A stretch of DNA of 56,301 bases from an uncultured Paracholeplasma sp. (GCA_964641335.1 CAZXLG010000001.1:1-56301); one strand, 5' to 3'. Counted from the stretch's first letter, positions 26,558 to 37,811 are shown. The notes: generated by a model from the sequence alone, not told the origin. A program made the numbers and translations.

Positions 26558-27706
26558 TTATCCTAAAATTGCTTCAATGGCATCAAATACCTTAGAGAGT
26601 GGAATCTCAGAAGAAATGGTATTTTCTTCATTACCAGCAAAGTGAATACCGATTAAATTACCTGCACTATCAAACATTGCACCACCCGAGGAACCAGCCC
26701 CGAGAGCCGCATTGGTTTGGAATGAACTACATGTATTTTCACAAAGTTCTGAATCCTCACCCAAACTGATTGGTACATTTAATGCAGTAACAACGCCTTC
26801 TTTAACGGTATTAAAGTTTTGTGGACCACCTGGCGAACCAATCGAGAAGACGGTTTGTCCAACATAGACAGGTTTTACTTCACGTGTTGTGAATTGTTCA
26901 TCATTCAATACATTAAGTTGAGCACGAGTCGTTAATTTGAGAATTGCTAAGTCAGTATCCACTGTATAGGTACCTTCGAGGGTTGCACGGTCATTCAATT
27001 CTTGACTATTATAGTAAATACGATAAATCGTACCACCTTCAGCGACGTGGGCATTTGTGATGATGTAATAATCATATTCAGTAAAAGTATTAAACCCTAC
27101 AGTCACTTCACGACTATCGCGATCAAAGATGACACCTGAACCCCAAGAAGTACATGTGGTAGTAAATTCGCCTTCATTACAGTTATAAATCCCAACGACA
27201 CTATGTTTTTTAGCTTCAACAATGGCTAAGTCAATGGATTTAAATGCTGTACCAATGACATCGGCATTTAAGATATGTTCAGTATCATTACGTGTATATT
27301 TGATGTTATTAACTGTGAATTGCTTGTTGGCTTCACCTGGCTCAAAAGTCACATCTGCAACAAACTCAACATCGATGGATGTTCGCTTAGAAATGACCTC
27401 AAATTCGGTATAGGTTACCCCATCTACAGTGATTGAAATCAATTCATCTTTTGTGACATTTTTAATGGTGGTGGTAAACACATATTGACCTTCACCATTT
27501 CGAGTAATTACCAATTCGGTGACTTCAGGTTCTTTACGGATTCGGTCAATCAAATCACCGATAAATTTATAGGTTTCTTTGGCAGCAGTTTCATACACTG
27601 TATTGAGCGGAACCCCTTCAATACGAATATCGACAAAAATGCTCGTTACATAGAGTAACGCTAGCACAACTATGGTATTTCGAATGTAACCAAAAAATTT
27701 CTTCAT
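26558..27706 (-). CDS. membrane-anchored trypsin-like (S1C/HtrA-like) serine protease without PDZ domain
   Basis: ITNAHV (His), TDLAIL (Asp), GAGSSGG (Ser); N-terminal TM; start at MKKFFG after AAGGAG. Confidence 0.85.
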   Translation of the reverse strand: MKKFFGYIRNTIVVLALLYVTSIFVDIRIEGVPLNTVYETAAKETYKFIGDLIDRIRKEPEVTELVITRNGEGQYVFTTTIKNVTKDELISITVDGVTYTEFEVISKRTSIDVEFVADVTFEPGEANKQFTVNNIKYTRNDTEHILNADVIGTAFKSIDLAIVEAKKHSVVGIYNCNEGEFTTTCTSWGSGVIFDRDSREVTVGFNTFTEYDYYIITNAHVAEGGTIYRIYYNSQELNDRATLEGTYTVDTDLAILKLTTRAQLNVLNDEQFTTREVKPVYVGQTVFSIGSPGGPQNFNTVKEGVVTALNVPISLGEDSELCENTCSSFQTNAALGAGSSGGAMFDSAGNLIGIHFAGNEENTISSEIPLSKVFDAIEAILG

Positions 27707-27870
27707 AGGGGATTTCTCCTTAACCAAAAAATAGGGTATATTTCTTATCAATAACATTATATCACAACAAAACACATAGAGATATACCCCACATTATTAC
27801 ATAAAGTGGGTAAAAACATTTACAAAAAAGAAGATTATGCTATAATTAAATAGGCTCAGGAGGAAATACA

Positions 27871-29154
27871 ATGAAATTTGAAAAACTATCAACAAATCGT
27901 GCTAAATTTACATTTGATGTAACCCCACACGAATTCGAACATGGACTTGATCACGCATTTGAACATGCTGTTCAAACAGTCGAAGTAAAAGGGTTTAGAA
28001 AAGGCAAAGTTCCTAGAAATATTTTTGAAACTAAATTTGGTGTTGAATCATTATACGAAGATGCTTTAAATCACGTTATCAGCCATTTATATCAACAAAT
28101 TTTCGATGAAAAATCCGTCGTAGTCGTTGGTGAACCACAAATCGACTTAGACATTAAGAACGTTAAAAGAGGCGAACCATTCTCGGTTGCTATCATCGTT
28201 CCTATCAAACCAGAAGTCACTTTAGGTGCCTACAAAGGTGTTGAAGTAGCGAAGAAAAACTTATCAGCAACAGATGCTGAAATCGATGCTGAAGTGAAAA
28301 AATTGTTAGCACAAAACTCTTCATTAGAAGCAAAAGAATCGGACGTTCTTGAAAACGGCGACACTGCAATCTTTGATTTCGAAGGTTTCGTAGATAACGT
28401 TCCATTTGATGGTGGTAAAGCAGAAAATTACGAATTAGTCATCGGTTCTGGTCAATTTATCCCAGGTTTTGAAGATGGTATGTTAGGTATGAAGATAGGC
28501 GAAGCAAGAGACATCAATGTCGTGTTCCCTGAACAATATCAAGCTGAACAATTGGCTGGTAAACCAGCAGTGTTCAAAGTGAAATTACATGAACTTAAAG
28601 TGGCAAAATTAGAAGAACTTAACGATGCTTTCGTTGTCGGATTAAAACGTGAAGGTGTTTCTACCGTAGAAGCATTAAAAGCTGATATCAAAGCAAACCT
28701 CGAAAAACAAAAAGAATCCAGTGAAGCTGACCGCATCACCGGTACTGCTGTGAAGTTTGCATGCGACAACGCAACCGTAGATATTCCACAAGAAATGATC
28801 GACCAAGAAGTCAATCAATTACGCAAGAATGTTGAAAATCAAGCTAAGCAATACAACATTGAATTCGAAATGTTCGTTCAATTAAATGGATTAACTATGG
28901 ATCAATTCAATGCTGAAATGGCAAAACAAGCAAAAGACAGAGTTTTAACTAGCCTTGTTATCGAAGCTGTAGCACAAAAAGAAAATATTGTGGCTACTGA
29001 AGCTGAAATCGATGCTAAATACGATGAAATTGCTAAAATGTATAAGTTAACTGTTGCTGATGTGAAGAAACAACTTGAACCAGAAGTGGTATCCAATGAA
29101 GTTACTTTCAACAAAGCAATTGATTTACTAACTGCAAGCATTAAAGAAATTTAA
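27871..29154 (+). CDS. tig: trigger factor
   Basis: GFRKGKVP ribosome-binding motif; FKBP domain DFEGF...GSGQFIPGFE. Confidence 0.97.
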   Translation: MKFEKLSTNRAKFTFDVTPHEFEHGLDHAFEHAVQTVEVKGFRKGKVPRNIFETKFGVESLYEDALNHVISHLYQQIFDEKSVVVVGEPQIDLDIKNVKRGEPFSVAIIVPIKPEVTLGAYKGVEVAKKNLSATDAEIDAEVKKLLAQNSSLEAKESDVLENGDTAIFDFEGFVDNVPFDGGKAENYELVIGSGQFIPGFEDGMLGMKIGEARDINVVFPEQYQAEQLAGKPAVFKVKLHELKVAKLEELNDAFVVGLKREGVSTVEALKADIKANLEKQKESSEADRITGTAVKFACDNATVDIPQEMIDQEVNQLRKNVENQAKQYNIEFEMFVQLNGLTMDQFNAEMAKQAKDRVLTSLVIEAVAQKENIVATEAEIDAKYDEIAKMYKLTVADVKKQLEPEVVSNEVTFNKAIDLLTASIKEI

Positions 29155-29160
29155 TTAATC

Positions 29161-29185
29161 AAGGGCACATTGGTGTCCTTTCTTT
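29161..29185 (+). terminator. tig terminator
   Basis: AAGGGCAC-ATTG-GTGTCCTT-TCTTT. Confidence 0.7.
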
Positions 29186-29195
29186 AAAAAAAGAA

Positions 29196-29244
29196 TTGGC
29201 ACTCGAGTGTTTCGATTGCAAATTGTGTTATATTTATGTATAAT
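29196..29244 (+). promoter_or_regulatory. CIRCE-like (HrcA) operator overlapping the lon promoter
   Basis: TTGGCACTC-N9-GATTGCAAA (29196-29222) versus consensus TTAGCACTC-N9-GAGTGCTAA. Promoter TTGCAA-17-TATAAT (29216-29244). Confidence 0.72.
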
Positions 29245-29294
29245 AATGACACAACAAGATGTTCTTGTATATAATGATATCAAGAGGTGATGAT

Positions 29295-31604
29295 ATGGAA
29301 TCAAAAAACCTTCCCGCAATCGTTGTTAGAGGTATAGTACCTATTCCAAACAATGATTTTAGGACAGAAATCGGACGACCTATTTCATTTAAAGCGTTAG
29401 ATGAATCGGAAAACTCCTTTGGTAATTACATTTTAATTTTGATTCAAAAGAATCCTCTCATCGAAAATCCTACGCCAGCGGATATAGAAGAGTATGGTGT
29501 TTTAGCCAAAACAACCATGAAATTAAAGTTACCTAATGGCAACTTAAAGGCGAAATTTAATGTGATTTCTCGTGTTAAAGTGAAAGAATATTTCTTAACT
29601 TCACCGTTTTTCGTTGCGGAATACGAAGAAGCACAAACCATTGTATCTGATGTCGATCAAGAAATGACATTGGTACGCATGGTCATGAATGATGTTGTAA
29701 CCAATGCGAACATCGTTTTGAACAATGCTCAAGAAGTCGTAAGAACGGTTCAATCCGGCTTAACTACCGATAAATTAGTCGATACCATTGTTGCAGGTCT
29801 TAAAGGCAATGAACAAGACAAGTATCGCTATTTAGCAGAACTCAATTTAAATACCCGTTTAAAGATGGTTCTTGAAGATATTGCGAAACAAAAGATGGTT
29901 TCTGAATTGGAACAACACATCAACGAAGAAGTCAAAAAATCAATTGACGAATCTCAAAAAGAGTACTACTTAAGAGAAAAAATGCGTGCCATCCAAAATG
30001 AATTGGGTGACAAAGCACGTAAAGAAGATGAAGTGGATGAACTTCGTAAGAAAATTCTTGAAGCTAAAATGCCTAAGGATATCGAAGAAAAAGCCCTTCA
30101 AGAATTGGCACGTTATTCTTCAACCCCACCAGCTATGGCAGAATCGGGTATCATCAAAACTTACCTCGACTTCTTAGTAGCTCTACCTTGGAAAAAAGCA
30201 AGCCGTGACTCCAATGATTTGAAGAAAGTTCAAGAAAAACTAGACAAAAATCACTACGGTTTAACTTCAGTGAAAGACCGTATTGTGGAATATCTTGCAG
30301 TCAAGATTTCGACTAAGAAGAATCCACAGACCATCCTATGTTTAGTTGGACCTCCAGGGGTTGGTAAAACCTCATTAGCGATTTCGATTGCAGATGCGTT
30401 AGGCCGTAAGTTTGTCAAACAATCCTTAGGTGGTGTACGTGATGAATCCGAAATTCGCGGTCATAGAAGAACCTATATTGGGGCATTACCAGGCCGTATT
30501 CTATCTGGTATGAAGAATGCAGGAACGATTAACCCAGTATTCCTACTCGATGAAATCGATAAGATGAGTTCAGATTATAAAGGTGACCCAGCATCTGCGA
30601 TGCTTGAAGTCCTTGACCCTGAACAAAATGCGAAATTCTCTGACCATTACTTAGAAGAAAACTACGATTTATCCCAAGTGTTATTTATTACAACAGCGAA
30701 CTACCTCGAAAACATTCCAGCGCCACTTCGTGACCGTATGGAAATCGTTGAATTATCTTCATACACTGAGTTTGAAAAATTCAATATTGCGAAGAGTCAT
30801 TTGATTGATAAGCAATTAAAAGCACATGGTATTACTGAAAAAGAATTCTCCGTGACTGATGAAACGGTATATTACATTATCCGTCATTACACCAGAGAAG
30901 CAGGGGTGCGTGAACTCAATCGCTTCATTGGCACACTCATCCGTAAGGGTATTAAAGAAATCCTTATGGAAAAGAAACCAAGAATTGATGTCACCCTCGA
31001 TAATGTAGAACACTATTTAGGCAAGCCTAGATTCTCTCATAATTTAGCCGATGTCAAAGACCAAGTCGGTGTAGCAACCGGTTTAGCATACACCCAATTT
31101 GGTGGGGATACGCTATCCGTTGAAGTTACTTATTTTAAGGGAAAAGGCTCGTTATCACTCACTGGTAAATTAGGCGATGTGATGAAGGAAAGTGCGATTA
31201 CCGCGTTATCTTATGTCAAAGCGAATGCGGAAAAATTCAACATTGATCCAACCTTCTTTGATGCCCATGACATTCACGTCCACGTACCAGAAGGTGCGAC
31301 CCCTAAAGATGGTCCATCTGCAGGTATTACCATCACGACAGCCATCCTTTCCGCCATCACAGGTAAACTGATTGATAAAGAAGTCGGTATGACCGGTGAA
31401 ATGACCTTAAGGGGTTATGTCTTACCAATTGGTGGATTACGTGAAAAATCGATCGCAGCGCATAGAAGTGGACTTAAGACCATTCTTATTCCTAAAGAAA
31501 ATGAAAAGGATATTGAAGACATTCCTAACGAAGTGAGAACTGCACTCAAGATTATCACAGTTGCGAATATCTCAGAAGTTTTTGATGTTGCATTTAAACA
31601 CTAA
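29295..31604 (+). CDS. lon: ATP-dependent protease La
   Basis: [40 protein letters not shown]. Start at MESKNL after a GAGGTG RBS. Confidence 0.97.
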   Translation: MESKNLPAIVVRGIVPIPNNDFRTEIGRPISFKALDESENSFGNYILILIQKNPLIENPTPADIEEYGVLAKTTMKLKLPNGNLKAKFNVISRVKVKEYFLTSPFFVAEYEEAQTIVSDVDQEMTLVRMVMNDVVTNANIVLNNAQEVVRTVQSGLTTDKLVDTIVAGLKGNEQDKYRYLAELNLNTRLKMVLEDIAKQKMVSELEQHINEEVKKSIDESQKEYYLREKMRAIQNELGDKARKEDEVDELRKKILEAKMPKDIEEKALQELARYSSTPPAMAESGIIKTYLDFLVALPWKKASRDSNDLKKVQEKLDKNHYGLTSVKDRIVEYLAVKISTKKNPQTILCLVGPPGVGKTSLAISIADALGRKFVKQSLGGVRDESEIRGHRRTYIGALPGRILSGMKNAGTINPVFLLDEIDKMSSDYKGDPASAMLEVLDPEQNAKFSDHYLEENYDLSQVLFITTANYLENIPAPLRDRMEIVELSSYTEFEKFNIAKSHLIDKQLKAHGITEKEFSVTDETVYYIIRHYTREAGVRELNRFIGTLIRKGIKEILMEKKPRIDVTLDNVEHYLGKPRFSHNLADVKDQVGVATGLAYTQFGGDTLSVEVTYFKGKGSLSLTGKLGDVMKESAITALSYVKANAEKFNIDPTFFDAHDIHVHVPEGATPKDGPSAGITITTAILSAITGKLIDKEVGMTGEMTLRGYVLPIGGLREKSIAAHRSGLKTILIPKENEKDIEDIPNEVRTALKIITVANISEVFDVAFKH

Positions 31605-31607
31605 ACG

Positions 31608-31631
31608 AAAAGCCCAGCGATGGGCTTTTTT
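31608..31631 (+). terminator. intrinsic terminator
   Basis: AAAAGCCCA-GCGA-TGGGCTTTTTT. Confidence 0.85.
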
Positions 31632-31712
31632 GTTGACTTAATTAGAATCGTTAATTAATGGTAAAAATAACTCTCTTTTATGATATAATGATTTCGAAAT
31701 GAGTGATTCTAC

Positions 31713-32300
31713 ATGTATATAATTAAAAGTGCTGAGTTTGTTAAAAGCGGGACCAATGAATCTCATTACCCAGAAGCACTAAAATCTGAATATCTTTTTT
31801 TAGGCCGAAGCAATGTGGGGAAAAGCTCACTAATTAATGCCATAGTTAACCGAAAAAGTTTGGCAAGAACGTCTTCTGAACCTGGTAAAACCATCACGAT
31901 GAATTTCTTCAAAATCAACGATGAAATTTACCTTGTTGACGCCCCAGGGTATGGGTATGCCAGAAGAAGTCAAACGCAAATAGCCCTATTCCAAGAAATG
32001 TTACTCGACTATATTAAAAATCGAGCCTCCCTAAAACGTATTTTCATGTTGATTGACATGAAAGTTGGTGCAACCAAAGACGATATTGAAGTATATGACT
32101 CGATTAAGCGTGCAGGGTATGAAATTACGATTATTTTGACCAAACAGGATAAACTCAATCAAAGTGAACGTGCAAAGAATCTCAATATGATTAAAAAACA
32201 ATTGAACGATGCTGAAGTTTTAATGATTCCAACCTCAAGTGAATCTAAACGCGGCATTGATAAAATCCATTCGATATTTGAGGAGGACTTACATGAATAA
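31713..32300 (+). CDS. engB: ribosome biogenesis GTPase YsxC/EngB
   Basis: GRSNVGKSS, PGKT, DAPGYGY, TKQDK; follows lon. Confidence 0.95.
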   Translation: MYIIKSAEFVKSGTNESHYPEALKSEYLFLGRSNVGKSSLINAIVNRKSLARTSSEPGKTITMNFFKINDEIYLVDAPGYGYARRSQTQIALFQEMLLDYIKNRASLKRIFMLIDMKVGATKDDIEVYDSIKRAGYEITIILTKQDKLNQSERAKNLNMIKKQLNDAEVLMIPTSSESKRGIDKIHSIFEEDLHE

Positions 32301-33144
32301 AGTGATGATTATGACAGACTCAACCTGTGACTTAACCAAAGAACTGATTCAATCTAGAGGCATCCATGTGGTACCTTTATATGTGAATTTTGGTGATTTG
32401 AGTTACCGTGATGGTGTCGATTTAACTACTGAAGAACTTTATGCTAAAGTGGATGAACTTGGGTTTTTACCAAAATCTGCAGCGGTCTCCCCAGGCGATT
32501 TCGTCAATCAATTCACCCATGTGATTGAAGCCGGTTATGACATCGTTTGTATCACCATCGGTTCGAAATTATCCGGAACCCATCAAAGCGCATTGTTAGC
32601 GAAAGACATGGTTGATCCTGATCGTATCCATGTCGTTGATAGTAATAACCTGTCTTCAGGGGTCGGTTTAGTCGTTCTTAAAGCCTGTGACTTAAGAGAT
32701 CAAGGACTAGATGCGAAAACCATCAAAGAAAAATGTGATTTAATTACCCCTCGAGTGCGAAGCCAATTTGCCATCCAAACCATGGATTATTTATATAAAG
32801 GTGGTAGATGTAGTGCACTATCGGCATTCTTAGGTGGTGTATTAGCGATTAAACCCATCATTCAAGTCAATGATGGTAAACTCGATGTCTATAAAAAAGC
32901 CATTGGTAAGATGACGAGAGCCCTCGATTATATGATGGAAGATTATCAATCTCTATACGATAAAATCGATAAAGATTATGTCATGATTACCCATTCTTTA
33001 GCCGATAAATCTGCAACGTATATGAAAGAAAAAGTGGCTGAAATTGGGATGCCTAAACAGTTGTTAGAAACCTACGCTGGTTGTGTAATTTCAACGCACT
33101 GTGGTAAAGGCACCATCGGTATTTTATATATCTTAAATGAATAG
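32293..33144 (+). CDS. DegV family fatty-acid-binding protein
   Basis: TDSTCDL, SKLSGT, VDSNNLS, YLYKGGR, ISTHCGKG. Confidence 0.93.
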   Translation: MNKVMIMTDSTCDLTKELIQSRGIHVVPLYVNFGDLSYRDGVDLTTEELYAKVDELGFLPKSAAVSPGDFVNQFTHVIEAGYDIVCITIGSKLSGTHQSALLAKDMVDPDRIHVVDSNNLSSGVGLVVLKACDLRDQGLDAKTIKEKCDLITPRVRSQFAIQTMDYLYKGGRCSALSAFLGGVLAIKPIIQVNDGKLDVYKKAIGKMTRALDYMMEDYQSLYDKIDKDYVMITHSLADKSATYMKEKVAEIGMPKQLLETYAGCVISTHCGKGTIGILYILNE

Positions 33145-33164
33145 TTGTCAATAGCCCTAAGTTA

Positions 33165-33193
33165 TTTACAATACACGGTATATGTGTTACAAT
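33165..33193 (+). promoter_or_regulatory. promoter of the T-box leader
   Basis: TTTACA-17-TACAAT with TGn extended -10. Confidence 0.65.
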
Positions 33194-33199
33194 AAGACA

Positions 33200-33432
33200 A
33201 ACGCAGAACGGGAAGAGTAAGCAAACCCCACTTTAAAGAGACAGATTGGTTGGTGAAAAATCTGAGGTGATTTGCAGAAGGTAGCCCAGGAGTTGATTGA
33301 GTGAACGCAGAGTAGCTCAATTCGGTTGACCCCGTTATCGGTAATGAAGTGCTACTTAGCAATAAGTAGAATTAAGGTGGTACCACGATCAATCGTCCTT
33401 AAGAATGCAAATTCTTAGGGACTTTTCTTTTT
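33200..33432 (+). ncRNA. T-box riboswitch, valine specifier
   Basis: AGAGA and GGTGAAA stem-I motifs; GAAG-GTA specifier (Val, 33281-33283); T-box AAGGTGGTACCACG (33374-33387); terminator GTCCTTAAGAAT-GCAA-ATTCTTAGGGAC-TTTTCTTTT; upstream of valS. Confidence 0.93.
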
Positions 33433-33446
33433 TAGGAGATGATGTT

Positions 33447-34001
33447 ATGGATCGTATTGTGACAAAAAGACTGGTTTTAAGACCCTTAAAATCCAGTGAT
33501 GCTGAAGCGATGTTTGATTATGCAAAAACGGATGAAGTCGGACCAAAAGCCGGATGGACACCACATAAAACAGTCCAAGAATCGCTTCATATTGTACAGT
33601 ACATGATGAACTCAAATGAAGTGTGGGCAATAACACTTCGCGATAATGACACCTTGATTGGGACCATTGGTTTACACAAGGATGAGGATGAAAAAGATAC
33701 GTTTAGAAGTATTGGATATGTATTACATCCAAAATACCATGGGTTAGGACTGATGACTGAGGCAGCGAAAGCTCTTATAGTCTATGCGTTTGAACAAACC
33801 AACACCGAAACGATTGGGTGTGGACACTTTTTAGATAACATTGCGAGTAAGCGAGTCATTGAAAAGTGTGGATTCATCTATCAAAGAACCATCGAAAAAG
33901 ATTTTACATTGTTCGGATTTAAAGTTAAAAAAGCGTGTGCTGAATATGAAATAACAAAAGATATGTATAAGGAGAATAACATTATATGGCAACAACACTA
34001 G
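33447..34001 (+). CDS. GNAT N-acetyltransferase (RimJ/RimL-like)
   Basis: TKRLVLRPL, IGYVLHPKYHGLGLMTEA, NIASKRVIEKCGF. Start at MDRIVT after AGGAG. Confidence 0.9.
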   Translation: MDRIVTKRLVLRPLKSSDAEAMFDYAKTDEVGPKAGWTPHKTVQESLHIVQYMMNSNEVWAITLRDNDTLIGTIGLHKDEDEKDTFRSIGYVLHPKYHGLGLMTEAAKALIVYAFEQTNTETIGCGHFLDNIASKRVIEKCGFIYQRTIEKDFTLFGFKVKKACAEYEITKDMYKENNIIWQQH

Positions 34002-36544
34002 ATACCAAATATAATCATAAAGAAGTAGAACAGGGGCTTTATCAATATTGGCTTGAAAAAGGGTATTTTAAAGCAACTGGGAAAAAACAAGAACCTTTTT
34101 GCATTGTGATTCCGCCACCAAACGTTACCGGTAAATTACATTTAGGTCACGCCTGGGATGGGACTTTACAAGATATCATCATTAGACGTAAACGTATGCA
34201 AGGCTACGATGCGTTATTTTTACCTGGCATGGACCATGCAGGGATTGCGACTCAGGCAAAAGTTGATGAACGATTAAAGAAAATGGGTGTTTCTCGTTAT
34301 GACATCGGTAGAGAAAAATTCTTAGAACAAGCTTGGGCATGGAAAGATGAATATGCTGGACATATTAAACGCCAATGGGGTGTTTTAGGATTATCTTTGG
34401 ACTATTCAAGAGAACGTTTTACCTTAGATGAAAAACTATCTGAAGCAGTTCAAGAAGTCTTCATCAAGCTTTATGAAAAAGGCTTAATTTACCGTGGTAA
34501 TCGTATCATTAACTGGGACGTTGAAGCGAAAACGGCCTTATCGAATATCGAAGTTGAATTCGTTGAAACAAAGAGTAAACTATTCTATTTCCGCTACCCA
34601 CTCGTTGATGGAACAGGCCATATGGTCATCGCAACCACCCGTCCTGAAACGATGTTTGCTGACCAAGCGTTAATGGTTCACCCAAAAGATGAACGTTATC
34701 AAGCCTTTATTGGTAAAAAAGTATATATTCCTAATACTAAAGTTGAAATTCCAATCATCTCAGATGATTATGTAGATATGACCTTCGGTACTGGGGTTGT
34801 TAAGGTTACCCCAGCCCATGACCCCAATGACTTTGAAGTTGGTAAACGTCATCACTTAGCGATGCCTTTATGTATGACTGAGGATGGACATATGAATCGT
34901 ATGGCATTCAAGTATGAAGGCTTAGAACGCTTTGAGTGCCGTAAACAATTGGTTGAAGACTTGAAGCAGGCTAATCTTGTTGAAAAGATTGAAGAATATA
35001 CCAATAACGTTGGTCATTCTGAACGTACTGGGGTTGTTGTCGAACCAAGACTCTCCTTACAATGGTTCGTTAAGATGAGACCATTGGTTGATCAAGCGAT
35101 TGCGAAATCGGATACTGAATTTGTCCCTAAACGATTTGAAAAAGTATACTTAAACTGGTTAGAAAATATCGAAGACTGGTGTATCTCTCGTCAATTATGG
35201 TGGGGTCATCGTATACCGGTTTGGTATAAAGGCGATGAAGTCATCGTTTCAAAAGATAAACCAGGGGAAGGGTATACCCAAGACGAAGACGTCTTAGATA
35301 CGTGGTTTAGCAGTGCTTTATGGCCATTTTCAACCCTCGGTTGGCCAGAACAAACCAAAGATCTTGAAAAATATTATCCAACCAATGTCTTAATTACGGG
35401 TTATGATATCATTTTCTTCTGGGTTGCTCGTATGATTTTCCAAGGCGTTGAATTTACAGGACAATCCCCATTCAAACAAGTATTGATGCATGGACTTGTT
35501 CGCGATGAACAAGGACGTAAGATGTCAAAATCACTTGGTAACGGGGTTGACCCAATGGATGTTTCAGAAGCCTATGGTACTGACGCATTACGCTATTTCT
35601 TATCCACCAACGCCGCACCAGGACAAGATTTACGTTATGAAACTGAAAAGGTTGCGTCATCATGGAACTTTATTAACAAGCTTTGGAATATCGTTCGTTT
35701 TATCGACATGAATATCGATGAAAAAACCGATGATTTCGATGAAAAGACGTTGTCCATTTATGATAAATGGATATTAACTCGCCTCAATGAAGTCATCGCT
35801 GATACCGATCAAAACTATGAAAAATACGAATTCGGTGAAGTTTCTAGAACACTGTATAATTTCATTTGGGACGAATTTGCAAGTTGGTATGTTGAAATTG
35901 CGAAAGTTACCTTAAAAGATGAACGCAAATCAAATACCCAAAAAGTATTGCTTTATGTCATCAAACAAATCTTGAAATTACTACATCCATTTATGCCATT
36001 CGTCACAGAAAGACTCTATCAAAACTTGACTCAAGAAGAATCCATTATGATTGCTTCCTGGCCGCTTGTAAGAACCTATAGCTTTGAATCCACATTGAAG
36101 GAAGTCAGTGTCTTGTTTGAGATGGTTACGAAAGTTAGACAGCTTAGACAAGAGATGAATATTACACCATCGAAACCTCTAACCATTGAAATTGTCAGTG
36201 GATTAAGCATTTTGAAGGGTGAAAAAGATATGTTTAGCTATTTCTTAAGAAGCCATGAACTCCATATTTCTAAAGAAGAAACCCTCAAGGCTGAAACCAT
36301 TTTATTGGCGGGGTCTGGGTATGAACTCTATGTATTAAAGAGTGACATCATCAGTGAATCTGAAGAAAAAGCAAAATTAGAAAAAGAATTAGCGACCATC
36401 ACTAAGGAACTCGAAAGAGTTAAACAAATGCTTTCAAATCCAAACTTCATTAACCGTGCAAAACCGGAAAAAGTCTTAGAAGAAAAAGCGAAACTCGATA
36501 ACTATCAAGCACAATACGATGCTTTGATGAAAAAGCTGGGATAA
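33986..36544 (+). CDS. valS: valine--tRNA ligase
   Basis: PPPNVTGKLHLGH, DWCISRQLWWGH, KMSKS, C-terminal coiled arm. Confidence 0.98.
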   Translation: MATTLDTKYNHKEVEQGLYQYWLEKGYFKATGKKQEPFCIVIPPPNVTGKLHLGHAWDGTLQDIIIRRKRMQGYDALFLPGMDHAGIATQAKVDERLKKMGVSRYDIGREKFLEQAWAWKDEYAGHIKRQWGVLGLSLDYSRERFTLDEKLSEAVQEVFIKLYEKGLIYRGNRIINWDVEAKTALSNIEVEFVETKSKLFYFRYPLVDGTGHMVIATTRPETMFADQALMVHPKDERYQAFIGKKVYIPNTKVEIPIISDDYVDMTFGTGVVKVTPAHDPNDFEVGKRHHLAMPLCMTEDGHMNRMAFKYEGLERFECRKQLVEDLKQANLVEKIEEYTNNVGHSERTGVVVEPRLSLQWFVKMRPLVDQAIAKSDTEFVPKRFEKVYLNWLENIEDWCISRQLWWGHRIPVWYKGDEVIVSKDKPGEGYTQDEDVLDTWFSSALWPFSTLGWPEQTKDLEKYYPTNVLITGYDIIFFWVARMIFQGVEFTGQSPFKQVLMHGLVRDEQGRKMSKSLGNGVDPMDVSEAYGTDALRYFLSTNAAPGQDLRYETEKVASSWNFINKLWNIVRFIDMNIDEKTDDFDEKTLSIYDKWILTRLNEVIADTDQNYEKYEFGEVSRTLYNFIWDEFASWYVEIAKVTLKDERKSNTQKVLLYVIKQILKLLHPFMPFVTERLYQNLTQEESIMIASWPLVRTYSFESTLKEVSVLFEMVTKVRQLRQEMNITPSKPLTIEIVSGLSILKGEKDMFSYFLRSHELHISKEETLKAETILLAGSGYELYVLKSDIISESEEKAKLEKELATITKELERVKQMLSNPNFINRAKPEKVLEEKAKLDNYQAQYDALMKKLG

Positions 36545-36545
36545 T

Positions 36546-37811
36546 ATGTTTAATAACATTATAGACGCAGTTCTATGGATTGAACACCAAGTTAAATTTA
36601 AACCAAAAACCGATTTGGATCGCATGAGAGCGGCTGCAAACGCATTAGGTAATCCGCAAAATGCCTATAAGATTATTCATGTGGGTGGTACCAATGGTAA
36701 AGGGTCTGTTGTCAGCTACATCTCTACCATTCTAGCAAAACACATGAAAGTAGGGACATATACATCGCCTTATATCTTAAAGTTTAATGAACGCATTAAA
36801 GTGAATCTAGATATGATTCCAGATGATTTATTACTCAACTATATCAATCAAATGTTCGACTTTAATGAATCATTTAAATATAGTTATGGCGAAACGTTGT
36901 CGTTTTTTGAACTGGTAACGTTAATAGCGTTCCTTTATTTTAAAGATCAACGAGTGGAGATTGTTGTTCTTGAAGTTGGTTTAGGTGGCTTATTGGACGC
37001 CACCAACATCGTCACACCAATCGCATCCGTCATCACGACGATTGGCTTCGACCATATGCAACAACTTGGAAATACCCTCGAATCTATTGCGTATAATAAA
37101 TTGGGTATTGTGAAACCAAAAATCCCACTCTTTACAGCAGTAGATGCTGATTTATGGACACAATTTGAGCAGGACTGCCAATCGAAGGGATCCCCTATCT
37201 ATATTGTTAAAGATGAAATGATTACGATTGAATCGAAAGAGCCCCTCGAATTTAGTTATGAGTATCATCACTATAAAACCGGATTACAAGGCTTATATCA
37301 AGCAAAAAATGCAGCATTGGCGATTATGGTTGTCAACTATTTATTTCCCAAATTGCCAATTCGTTCCATTAAAGATGGAATTGCTGAAACCGCATGGCCT
37401 GGCCGTTTTGAAGTAATGAATCGAAATCCTTTGGTGATCCTAGATGGCGCACATAACCGACACGGTATTCAAGCCTTGACAAACAGTATACAAAATACCT
37501 ATCCTGACGCAACGATTCATACCCTTTTTTGTGCTATGGGGGATAAAGAAACCGCGCTTATGTTACGCATGGTTTCGGATATTTCAACCAGTGTTACCGT
37601 CACTCATTTTGATTACAAACGTGTAGCTGAACTTGCTTTACTACTAGATCAAACCCCACATCCGAATAAACAAGCCATTGAAGATCCAGTGACAGCTTTT
37701 GAGACCATTTTATCAAAAGCAAATAGTTCTGATATCATCCTCATCACGGGTTCATTATACTTTGTTTCTTATATTAGACCCTATTTACTCAAACGATTTA
37801 ACCTTGCCTAA
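36546..37811 (+). CDS. folC: folylpolyglutamate synthase/dihydrofolate synthase
   Basis: HVGGTNGKGS, EVGLGGLLDATN, WPGRFE, LDGAHN, TGSLYFV. Confidence 0.95.
   Translation: MFNNIIDAVLWIEHQVKFKPKTDLDRMRAAANALGNPQNAYKIIHVGGTNGKGSVVSYISTILAKHMKVGTYTSPYILKFNERIKVNLDMIPDDLLLNYINQMFDFNESFKYSYGETLSFFELVTLIAFLYFKDQRVEIVVLEVGLGGLLDATNIVTPIASVITTIGFDHMQQLGNTLESIAYNKLGIVKPKIPLFTAVDADLWTQFEQDCQSKGSPIYIVKDEMITIESKEPLEFSYEYHHYKTGLQGLYQAKNAALAIMVVNYLFPKLPIRSIKDGIAETAWPGRFEVMNRNPLVILDGAHNRHGIQALTNSIQNTYPDATIHTLFCAMGDKETALMLRMVSDISTSVTVTHFDYKRVAELALLLDQTPHPNKQAIEDPVTAFETILSKANSSDIILITGSLYFVSYIRPYLLKRFNLA

Noticed and set aside
33162-33362. 66 aa minus-strand ORF
   Set aside because: It is antisense to the T-box leader; the RNA element explains the region.
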